Virus record (IMG/VR): IMGVR_UViG_3300042298_003052
Span: 64,001-128,000 of that record
Direction: 5' to 3' (one strand)
Source of the DNA: a virus
DNA length: 64,000 nt
Both the position numbers and the translations under genes were made by a program. Below the pieces are notes generated by a model. The model was given only the letters and a program-made list of their open reading frames with translations. It searched no databases and had not been told where the DNA came from. Shown one piece after another: positions 36,926 to 44,851 of the stretch (positions are counted from its first letter, which is position 1; each line of letters opens with the position of its first letter).

Positions 36926-37296
36926 AAGGTATTCTTTGGTTAACTGTCCCATCTGCTCTAAAAGATTTTGCACAAATAAAACCTATATACCCAAACGGAA
37001 ATCCTCATCATATAACCTTAGTCTTTGGAACAGAAGAACATATCTTCAAAGATGTCATTGGCAAAAGAGTGTTCGTATTAGCCTATGAAAACTGCTGGAA
37101 CGATCGCATACAAGCAGTCCGTGTACAATTACCAAACGATATACCATGTGTTAATCGACATCCACACATAACAGTCAGTTACGCCCCTGGTGTAGAACCA
37201 AAGGAAAGTAATATCATGCTAGCAAGTGAACATCAATCAAATAAAGTTTCTTTCAGCTTTTATACGATCGTCGAATTTCATAAATGGTCACCCTAA
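36922..37296 (+). CDS. 2H phosphoesterase family protein
   Basis: Two HxT motifs (HITL, HITV) and GVEPKESN. Confidence 0.75.
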   Translation: MKGILWLTVPSALKDFAQIKPIYPNGNPHHITLVFGTEEHIFKDVIGKRVFVLAYENCWNDRIQAVRVQLPNDIPCVNRHPHITVSYAPGVEPKESNIMLASEHQSNKVSFSFYTIVEFHKWSP

Positions 37297-37378
37297 TTTT
37301 TGACCGAAAAAATATTCCCGAAAAAAAAATCGCTTTTTCAATTCTCAATGTCCCATATATAAACAGAAGGGGGTCACT

Positions 37379-37567
37379 TTGAATACCGTTAAAGTATCAT
37401 ACTTCGTTAAATTACCCGGCGAAATGATCGCATCCTCATGCCTAATGCACATGTTCACTAATGACGATCCTAAAACACAAGCTAAACAATATGTCGCTAA
37501 CTTGGTTAACACCGAGATAGAAAACGTAACTATTCTGTCGATAGAGATAATTATGAAAATAATATGA
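37379..37567 (+). CDS. Hypothetical protein
   Basis: ORF track. Confidence 0.4.
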   Translation: MNTVKVSYFVKLPGEMIASSCLMHMFTNDDPKTQAKQYVANLVNTEIENVTILSIEIIMKII

Positions 37568-37713
37568 AAAACGCGATCGTCCTTGGATGAGGATCAAAAC
37601 CGGATGAGAAAGGAATCGTATAGAAGTGCGATCGTCCTTGAAGGAAAAGAATATGGATAAAAAAATTGGATAAAAAAAATTGAAAAAATATGGAGAAGTG
37701 CTATACGACCCCT

Positions 37714-37727
37714 AGTACAGGTGTACT
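37714..37727. promoter_or_regulatory. Cyanobacterial LexA-box match
   Basis: AGTACAGGTGTACT fits RGTACNNNDGTWCB. Confidence 0.5.
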
Positions 37728-37816
37728 ACCGTCTTTAATCTGTAGGGGATATCTCACACTGAGAATATATATCTAGATATATCTATGGTTATCATTTATA
37801 AATATTGTAGGTTAAT

Positions 37817-37859
37817 TGTGATCGTAATCACACAAACAGATTAGCGTTAGGGATATATT
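37817..37859 (+). promoter_or_regulatory. CRP box + -10 (class II promoter)
   Basis: TGTGA-tcgtaa-TCACA, 21 nt, TATATT. Confidence 0.75.
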
Positions 37860-37922
37860 GTTATCAAGGTTAACTAAGTTAACTGAATAACACGCTACAA
37901 CACGTTAAAGGAGTCTAAAATC

Positions 37923-38126
37923 ATGGCTAACAAGATTACGTTAGGATTATTTCATAATCCCGATACCTTAATAGGGTATGCTAGGGTAACGATTGACGCT
38001 AATATGATTATTCACTGTAGGCTTTATGGCGGTAATAAAAACACTATACGCTTTAAAAGCTTAAGAAAAGCCCAAGAATGTTTAGAGAAGATTTCTGGCC
38101 ATGACTTAAGGTTTACTACGCTTTAA
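37923..38126 (+). CDS. Small early protein, paralog family A
   Basis: AAGGAG RBS; similar to 38211 and 39044. Confidence 0.7.
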   Translation: MANKITLGLFHNPDTLIGYARVTIDANMIIHCRLYGGNKNTIRFKSLRKAQECLEKISGHDLRFTTL

Positions 38127-38210
38127 TCTTACGCGCGCTTTCAAGCTAGCCTAGTAAAGCCTAGGCTATTAGTCCACAGATCGCTACACAATCATTAAGG
38201 AGACAATACC

Positions 38211-38492
38211 ATGGCTGTTATCAAGATAATTGGATCGTTTTACACTGTTTGTCCCGACCCCTGGCTATACGCCGAAGTGGCTGTTATTTGTGAGAATGAT
38301 GATATAATTATTCTGTGTAAGATTAGGACAAACGGTCAATTATTAAAATTCTCAGATCTTAGGCAAGCTGAGGATAATTTAATAAAACTATCTGGCTATG
38401 AGCTAGATTTTATTACACAGTCTAGCGATCATACCGTATTCAGTTGGGATCGGACTCCCAATCTATCAGATTTATACACAAACGATCGCTAG
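38211..38492 (+). CDS. Small early protein, paralog family A
   Basis: AAGGAG RBS; KFSDLRQAEDNLIKLSGYELDF vs RFKSLRKAQECLEKISGHDLRF. Confidence 0.7.
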   Translation: MAVIKIIGSFYTVCPDPWLYAEVAVICENDDIIILCKIRTNGQLLKFSDLRQAEDNLIKLSGYELDFITQSSDHTVFSWDRTPNLSDLYTNDR

Positions 38493-38572
38493 TATTCCAT
38501 AACCACGGTTTCTCAGGCTAGCCTAGTAAAGCCTAGGCAATAATTCACTACACAATTAAGGAATTTAAGGTT

Positions 38573-38953
38573 ATGCCCGCAAGTAAGAAACTACAACATG
38601 TCGCTAACGTGGTTAAACGGTTAACCGGTATTGAATGCAAAGCTTCCCGAAAATCTATTTATAGTGCGATGAGTATTTATAGCGATCGATCAGAGAATAA
38701 TATAAATTTCGGTGATGATGATCAAGCTATCTATGAACATCTTTCACAGGGCGATGAGTTTGATAATGGTGACGGTATAGAAGTATGGTATAACGCTTTC
38801 AAGCTAGATGATCGCTCTATTGTAGTAGTACAAACATACGATGGTGGTGTCAGTGGGGAAGGCGATCTATATATCATGCAGCCAGATCATAATGATATCT
38901 ATGATTTACGTGATGATATAGTTGATTCAGGATGGTATAACGGTCTACACTAG
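38573..38953 (+). CDS. Hypothetical protein
   Basis: RBS; cassette position. Confidence 0.7.
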   Translation: MPASKKLQHVANVVKRLTGIECKASRKSIYSAMSIYSDRSENNINFGDDDQAIYEHLSQGDEFDNGDGIEVWYNAFKLDDRSIVVVQTYDGGVSGEGDLYIMQPDHNDIYDLRDDIVDSGWYNGLH

Positions 38954-39043
38954 TATTCAATCCATAATCTTACGCGCGCTTTCAAGCTAGCCTAGTAAAG
39001 CCTAGGCAATAACTCAGCAAACACGTTAAAGGAGTCTAGAATC

Positions 39044-39253
39044 ATGGCTAAACTTATTGGGACGTTACACAATAACGGTAAAATTGTTGCAATCGTGACA
39101 ATTGACAATAATTTAATTTTTCATTTTCAACTTTATACGGCAAACATTGGTAATTTTTACTATCCTGTTAAATATATACGTACTAGAGAGTTAAAGACAG
39201 GGATATCTATTCTCAGTAGGGCGCTAAATCATAGCATTTTGCTGAGTGATTAA
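39044..39253 (+). CDS. Small early protein, paralog family A
   Basis: Leader acacgttaaaggagtcta.aatcatggctaa shared with 37923. Confidence 0.7.
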   Translation: MAKLIGTLHNNGKIVAIVTIDNNLIFHFQLYTANIGNFYYPVKYIRTRELKTGISILSRALNHSILLSD

Positions 39254-39266
39254 CCTAACCAGTTTT

Positions 39267-39680
39267 TAGTACAAATGATCGCTAGTATATTTTACCCTGA
39301 TACGGTTATACTAGCGATCGCTTGTACTATCATATTTATCTATCATCCTGTTTTACTTTCTGCCATACGCTATTTTTTATTTATCCTATTTATCACTATA
39401 TAGTTATATACCTAAATACCTAAATAACTAATAACTATTACAACCTGGTGCGATCGTCCTGACCTATCCTATCTATATCTACTGAATAATCCCCCACTAA
39501 ATAATCATTTCTACCCTATCTCTTAAGCCTTACAAGGCTAGGATATCTATTCTCTAATACTCTGATACCTTACAGCTATTCACTAAGCTTACAGACCCTT
39601 ACAATAGGGAATAAAATCATAAATAAAATACAATGATCGCTATAGGTTATTAAATAAGTTAGTTGTGACTGCGATCACAC
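39267..39680 (+). repeat. Long intergenic cassette repeat, copy 1
   Basis: Near-identical blocks shared with 40955..41295. Confidence 0.9.
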
Positions 39681-39706
39681 TATTAGATCGCTAGCAACGT
39701 TATATT
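39664..39706 (+). promoter_or_regulatory. CRP box + -10 (class II promoter)
   Basis: TGTGA-ctgcga-TCACA, 21 nt, TATATT. Confidence 0.75.
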
Positions 39707-39760
39707 GTTATCACGGTTGATCAAATCAGCCTAACGCTACACAGAAAATGGAGTATAAAA

Positions 39761-40939
39761 ATGCAAACTTTACTATTTGACCTATCACAATTCACTACAG
39801 CGATAGAATCTAGTATTGAAGTTTGCTGTGTAGAATGCAGTCAAGATCTTGACACCGATGATGTTATAGAAATAGATGATTCTATCTATTGTAATGATTG
39901 TGTATGCTACTGTGATCATTGCGATAATGCAACATTGGAAGATGATCTAGAGACAGTGTACACGAGGGAATACTCTAGAGACCCAGAGAGATACTGCAAT
40001 AACTGTGTAAAAAAAGAAACGTTTACATGCGATGATTGTGATAATCATCATAGTGATGATTTATCAGAATACCATATTGAAGATAATGGTAAGACAATTT
40101 GTAGTAAATGTTATGAATACGGTTATTTTTGCTGTGGTGATTGTGATAATTATTATAGTGATTCTAGCGCAAACTATACAGAAGATAGCACGTATTGTGA
40201 TAGTTGTTATGTAAACCACGTTAAGAGCGATCGTATTAAAGATTACAACTATAATCCATTAGATGAGTTAGATTTTTTAGGGAATCCTAAGGATGATTTA
40301 TATCTGGGGTTAGAACTAGAGGTTTATACAAGCGATGATTTGAATGATACCGCTAACACAGTATCAGACTTATTGGATGGTTACGCTATCCTTAAGGAGG
40401 ATAGTAGTATCTCTATGCCTGGATTTGAGATAGTTACAGCCCCATGTAGTTTAGCTATCCACAGAGAAAAGATAACAGAATTTTTCTCTAATAATCCAGA
40501 TATTGACACCGATGATGATCATAATATAGGTTTGCATGTTCATATCAGTAGAAAGCCTATATCTCAATTATCTATTGGTAAGATGTTAGTGTTTATTAAT
40601 AATCCTGATAATCAGGATAACATAATAGAATTATCTGGGAGAAATCCTAGTAAGTGGGCAAAATTAAGCCCTAAGAAAATAACCGATGTTAAGAAAAAAC
40701 AATCGTCTCGCTATGAAGCGATAAATCTGCAAAATAACGATACTATAGAGTTTAGAACTTTTACATCTACTATAGATCCTAAGCTGATTTTAGCTAGATT
40801 AGAATTCGTTCACTGTTTAACCGTATGGGTTAAAGATCAATCTATGTTAGAATTAACTTGGAATAATTTTACGGATTACGTTAGGGAACATAAGGCGTTA
40901 TATCCTAACTTAGTAGAATGGTTAGAAAATAATAACTAA
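39761..40939 (+). CDS. Zn-finger-repeat protein with putative amidoligase (COOH-NH2 ligase) domain
   Basis: 8 CxxC motifs; GLELEV, KEDSSI..GFEIVT, GLHVHIS, RYEAIN, TIEFR. Confidence 0.8.
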   Translation: MQTLLFDLSQFTTAIESSIEVCCVECSQDLDTDDVIEIDDSIYCNDCVCYCDHCDNATLEDDLETVYTREYSRDPERYCNNCVKKETFTCDDCDNHHSDDLSEYHIEDNGKTICSKCYEYGYFCCGDCDNYYSDSSANYTEDSTYCDSCYVNHVKSDRIKDYNYNPLDELDFLGNPKDDLYLGLELEVYTSDDLNDTANTVSDLLDGYAILKEDSSISMPGFEIVTAPCSLAIHREKITEFFSNNPDIDTDDDHNIGLHVHISRKPISQLSIGKMLVFINNPDNQDNIIELSGRNPSKWAKLSPKKITDVKKKQSSRYEAINLQNNDTIEFRTFTSTIDPKLILARLEFVHCLTVWVKDQSMLELTWNNFTDYVREHKALYPNLVEWLENNN

Positions 40940-40954
40940 TATTTTCCCATAGAA

Positions 40955-41295
40955 TAGTACAAATGATCGCTAGTGTAACCGTATCAGGTTAAAATGTACT
41001 AGCGATCATTTGTACTATCTCATTCATCGCTATATAGTTATATACCTAAATACCTATATAATCAATAAACGTTACAACCTAGTGCGATCGTTCTGCCCTA
41101 TCTATATCTACTGAATAATCATTTCTACCCTATCTCTTAAGCCTTACAAGGCTAGGATATCTATTCTCTAATACTCTGATACCTTACAGCTATTCACTAA
41201 GCTTATAGAAGCGTACAATAGGGAATAAAATCATAGATAAAATACAATGATCGCTATAGGTTATTAAATAGGTTAATTGTGATCGCTATCACACT
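40955..41295 (+). repeat. Long intergenic cassette repeat, copy 2
   Basis: Matches 39267..39680 with indels. Confidence 0.9.
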
Positions 41296-41319
41296 ATCAT
41301 TTTGTCAGTTTGGTATTAT
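41278..41319 (+). promoter_or_regulatory. CRP box + extended -10
   Basis: TGTGA-tcgcta-TCACA, 20 nt, TGgTATTAT. Confidence 0.7.
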
Positions 41320-41327
41320 TAAATTGT

Positions 41328-41378
41328 TAGGGAATTACAGCTAAGCCCTACCAAATAAAAAAAAATAATTAGCTGTGA
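41328..41378 (+). ncRNA. Candidate H-type pseudoknot RNA, copy 1
   Basis: S1 TAGGG/CCCTA; S2 TTACAGCTAA/TTAGCTGTGA; A-rich L3. Confidence 0.45.
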
Positions 41379-41425
41379 CCCAGTGTTGACAACTTACCCT
41401 TAATAAGATAGATTATAAGGGTAAG
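41374..41425 (+). promoter_or_regulatory. Sigma70 promoter with -35 dyad and 10-bp IR flanking the -10
   Basis: TGTGAC-N6-TTGACA-17-TAGATT; cttaccctta/taagggtaag. Confidence 0.75.
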
Positions 41426-41473
41426 AGTACAGAGAAACGCTACAAACAAGTAAAGGAAAGGGAAAGAAAAGTT

Positions 41474-41770
41474 ATGCATCATTTAACATTCGACAGAGAT
41501 GACTTACGCGCTCTAGAGTTTATCGGCAACAGGTATGGGATCGGTAGCGATCTATTGGGATTGATTTCTACTGCTACCATTGTATATGACGGTGAGGAAA
41601 ATGATGATCCCTATCAGGGTTTTACCGCAACATTTGATGAGTTTATAGCTTGGCAGATCCTAGATCTGCTAAATAAAGACACAGAAGATCTAACAACTTC
41701 CCATCCTTTGCTATCCAGTAGTAGCAATCTATGGGAAGGATTAATGAGTCTGTATAATAGTGTAGTCTAG
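41474..41770 (+). CDS. Hypothetical protein
   Basis: First gene after promoter. Confidence 0.7.
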   Translation: MHHLTFDRDDLRALEFIGNRYGIGSDLLGLISTATIVYDGEENDDPYQGFTATFDEFIAWQILDLLNKDTEDLTTSHPLLSSSSNLWEGLMSLYNSVV

Positions 41771-41795
41771 AACATACCAAGGGTAAGTAAGAAAA

Positions 41796-42203
41796 ATGAA
41801 AAGCAAAAGCATAGTGTTCTGTTACACAACTGTAACACCAGAATCGGCCGAAAATGGCGATTTTGAGGATAACGGGTTTACAGACGGCGGTAGAAACCGC
41901 TTAACATCCCCAGTAGAGTTTATTAATAGCGATGATATGGGATCTTTATATGATGCCGTTCGTCTAGGTATTGATCTAGGAATATCTGAATGGGTTGGTA
42001 ATTGGTTTGAAACATCGGGATATAGTATTATTGACTATAGCACAGGAGAAGAAATCTCCTATTCTATGCATCTTGAGGGATTTAGTCCTGGGGAATTATC
42101 CCACATTAAGAGGATACTAAAAACTGGAAAAATATCTGATGAAGATCAAGCCTTGTTAGAAGGTATCATGGTCCTAGATGCTCTAGGGGTCAGTACTTAC
42201 TAA
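41796..42203 (+). CDS. Hypothetical protein
   Basis: VTPESAENGDF motif; operon. Confidence 0.7.
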   Translation: MKSKSIVFCYTTVTPESAENGDFEDNGFTDGGRNRLTSPVEFINSDDMGSLYDAVRLGIDLGISEWVGNWFETSGYSIIDYSTGEEISYSMHLEGFSPGELSHIKRILKTGKISDEDQALLEGIMVLDALGVSTY

Positions 42204-42212
42204 TTTCTAACA

Positions 42213-42292
42213 GCGATCGCTAGTCGGTAGCTTAATCATCTATCGCTATAATGATAGATAGGTTAATAGGGGTCCGAATCCCCTCGATCGTA
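42213..42292 (+). ncRNA. tRNA-like structured element
   Basis: Acceptor GCGATCG/CGATCGT, T-arm AGGGG-TCCGAAT-CCCCT, elongated middle arm. Confidence 0.4.
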
Positions 42293-42338
42293 TGCCCTTA
42301 TAGGGCTGTAAACGTACAATCATCAAAGGATAACGATC

Positions 42339-42761
42339 ATGGCTGTTACTTTCACTGGTGTTTATCAACAGGATGTGAAACTGGCCCGTCAATTGAATTT
42401 ATTTACAGGAGTAAACCCTAAAAAAGTTGTGTTAGAAGGGTTGATCGCCGATTATCTATCTACAACTAATACTGAGAGCGATGTTAACGAATCTCAGAAA
42501 ATCTCTGAGATTGCTTTGTTAGATCAATTGATTTCTGTTTGCAATGATTCTACTGAGAAGGACGATCGCTCTTCACTTCTACCCAAACCCATGTTAAGGC
42601 GGGATCGGGTTAAAAAACCCGCTCCAATCCTTAAGCGCGATCGTATTGTGGATCCCCTAAAAAGACCTACGCTCAGACCGGTTAAACTGAGCGATCGTAA
42701 CCTTGCGATCGCTCCTAAACCAAAGCTCAATAGTAAATTTAACCGTAGCTTATTCCAATAG
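42339..42761 (+). CDS. Hypothetical protein with basic Pro-rich C-terminus
   Basis: AAGGA RBS; PxLxRDR repeats. Confidence 0.65.
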   Translation: MAVTFTGVYQQDVKLARQLNLFTGVNPKKVVLEGLIADYLSTTNTESDVNESQKISEIALLDQLISVCNDSTEKDDRSSLLPKPMLRRDRVKKPAPILKRDRIVDPLKRPTLRPVKLSDRNLAIAPKPKLNSKFNRSLFQ

Positions 42762-42875
42762 GCTTAGGCTACAATAGGATAGATAGAGCGATCGCTATTA
42801 GCACGGTAGCGATCGTCCTAAGGGGAAAAATACGTGCTACAATCCACTACAACTCGAAAAGGAAAAGGTTACATT

Positions 42876-43427
42876 ATGACGATCATTATTTCAACAATCT
42901 GGGAAGTAATTACCTATGACGTTTGGGGGAATTCCAAAGATGGTTACGAAGTCAATCAGGCATTTAGATCTGGTAATGTAGAGATGCCTGTAAAGTTAGA
43001 AGTATATAATCCTGGTATTGAAGGGGAATTTTATGATGGGAGTCCTAACGATACTCAAATCCGAAAAGCTTTAGGGATAACCCCTAGAGTAAGAATATAT
43101 GACCCTTATTGTAACGAAAGGGTAATATATGCTAACCACGTTAGTACAAATTATCCCCTAGGGGAATTAAGGCTAGTATCTCATGATACTTTAGAATTTA
43201 GCCCTGGTAAGGTTATCACGGGTTATAAGTGGATTAAAACCGATGGTAAGCTGTATCCTGTTTTTAAGTTAGCTAATGGTGATGATCTTATGGAGGAAGA
43301 TTGTTGTCTAGAGTTAACTGATAAGTATACTAAGACTGAAATAATCAGAGAGTTTACTAAAAAACTGAGATTAGAAGGGTATGCCATACCTAGGCGATAC
43401 CTAGAACTAGATCCCGATACTTTCTAG
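42876..43427 (+). CDS. Hypothetical protein
   Basis: YDVWGNSKDGYEVN motif; start trimmed to MTIII. Confidence 0.7.
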   Translation: MTIIISTIWEVITYDVWGNSKDGYEVNQAFRSGNVEMPVKLEVYNPGIEGEFYDGSPNDTQIRKALGITPRVRIYDPYCNERVIYANHVSTNYPLGELRLVSHDTLEFSPGKVITGYKWIKTDGKLYPVFKLANGDDLMEEDCCLELTDKYTKTEIIREFTKKLRLEGYAIPRRYLELDPDTF

Positions 43428-43836
43428 GTATAGGGAAAATAGATAGGACGATCGCCATAGTGCAGATATACTACAGCGATCGCTCTATTCACCATACCAA
43501 AGTAAAATAGATCGCGATCTATTTTGATCGCGATCGTTTGTACTACAGCACTATCGTACTACTCTGCTACCCTATTCATCACTATATGGTTATATATAAA
43601 TATAATAATAAATGAGTCTACAGTAGTACAAATGAATCTATAAAACACTCTAGCGCTAGGATAGCGATCGTTCTCTATACCCTTGCTCTAGTGCCCTATA
43701 AAGCCTTTCTAATAGCTACCCTAGGGTATTCTACTAATAAGCCTTTAATAGGGCTTAAATTGCAAAATAAAGGGCTATAGATTTCTATATATGATCGCTA
43801 TAGATTAATATTGTAGGCTAATTAAGTATAAATACC

Positions 43837-43877
43837 TGTAAAGTAGGGTTTACAATTAGAAAATAGATTGATAATAT
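43837..43877 (+). promoter_or_regulatory. Sigma70 promoter with -35 dyad
   Basis: TGTAAA-N6-TTTACA-17-TAATAT. Confidence 0.65.
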
Positions 43878-43924
43878 AAGGGTATGGTTAAAGAAAACGA
43901 AACGAAAAGGGAAGGATTGAAACC

Positions 43925-44446
43925 ATGGCTAACAACGCTACAGTTCGATTTACTTGGTTAACTGGTGATGTTAATTACCTAGATTATGGTGGCAAGTGGT
44001 TTTACAATACCAAAGTAGAAGGGTATTATCTAGTAATGGAATTGATCATATTAGAGTGTGATTCCGAGAGTACTGAAAAGTATATGATAGAATTGTCGAT
44101 AGTTAACTGTAGAAAGGTAGAACCCGATAAAATGCGATCGGTTAAATCTTTTTGTGGCATTGATGACGATAATGATCTGCCAGAAGATTACATGGTGGAA
44201 TGCTGCCATTCTTACGGTTTGAAGTCTGTAGACTATAGTGCTACAGGTAACAACTATAAAGAATTACGTAAAGAATGCCTTGAGGCTGCACGGTATACGA
44301 TCAAACATCTTAGATCTAGTCTAAATAAAAGTAAAAATGCCTTTTACGCAACAGGACATGATATGATCGAAGGTAAAGTGTTAGGCATATTAGAAGGAGG
44401 AAAGCGACAATCGCTAAGACTCCAGAATGTTTGTAATGGGAATTAA
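43925..44446 (+). CDS. Hypothetical protein
   Basis: RBS; first gene after promoter. Confidence 0.7.
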   Translation: MANNATVRFTWLTGDVNYLDYGGKWFYNTKVEGYYLVMELIILECDSESTEKYMIELSIVNCRKVEPDKMRSVKSFCGIDDDNDLPEDYMVECCHSYGLKSVDYSATGNNYKELRKECLEAARYTIKHLRSSLNKSKNAFYATGHDMIEGKVLGILEGGKRQSLRLQNVCNGN

Positions 44447-44670
44447 GATATAATTCCCTAACCAGGATGATCGCACTAGATCCGCTCCATTAGTACATGG
44501 GATCTAGTGCGATCGTTTCGGCTATGCTCTATTCATCGCTTTATTTACCTTATTTATCGCTTTATGGTTATATAATAACACAACGATTATATAGCCGTCA
44601 TAGTGCGATCGTCCATAGATAAAACACTATCACTATAATATAAAAATAACTAGGTAAAAATAACGTTTAT

Positions 44671-44712
44671 TGTGACTGCGATCACACTGCTAGGATATGG
44701 ATCTGTTACTAT
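44671..44712 (+). promoter_or_regulatory. CRP box + extended -10
   Basis: TGTGA-ctgcga-TCACA, 20 nt, TGtTACTAT. Confidence 0.7.
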
Positions 44713-44719
44713 TAAATTG

Positions 44720-44768
44720 TTAGGGAATTACAGCTAGGCCCTAAATTAAATAAAAAAATTAGCTGTGA
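44720..44768 (+). ncRNA. Candidate H-type pseudoknot RNA, copy 2
   Basis: S1 TTAGGG/CCCTAA; S2 TTACAGCTAG/TTAGCTGTGA. Confidence 0.45.
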
Positions 44769-44804
44769 CCAACGGTTGACAACTTACCTTTAATAAAGTA
44801 GATT
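44764..44804 (+). promoter_or_regulatory. Sigma70 promoter with -35 dyad
   Basis: TGTGAC-N6-TTGACA-17-TAGATT. Confidence 0.75.
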
Positions 44805-44851
44805 ATAAGGGTAAGGGTACAGACAAGCAAAAAAAGGGAAAAGGGAAAGGT

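Larger units (their letters stand above)
38124..39007 (+). repeat. Intergenic hairpin repeat x3 (38124..38166, 38517..38538, 38965..39007)
   Basis: gctaGCCTAGtaaagcCTAGGC; outer two copies identical over 43 bp. Confidence 0.9.

Noticed and set aside
37570-37800. Physical genome end or packaging site (A-tract repeats, atatatctagatatat palindrome)
   Set aside because: Suggestive change in sequence texture only; cannot be supported without read-terminus data.
41328-41378. PreQ1-I or SAM-II/V riboswitch, or pistol/twister ribozyme
   Set aside because: Superficial stem plus A-rich tail only; ligand-binding and catalytic consensus nucleotides are not matched, and S2 is long enough to form without ligand.
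43837-43854. NtcA binding site
   Set aside because: TGTA-N10-TACA spacing, whereas NtcA needs GTA-N8-TAC; it fits the phage -35 dyad family instead.
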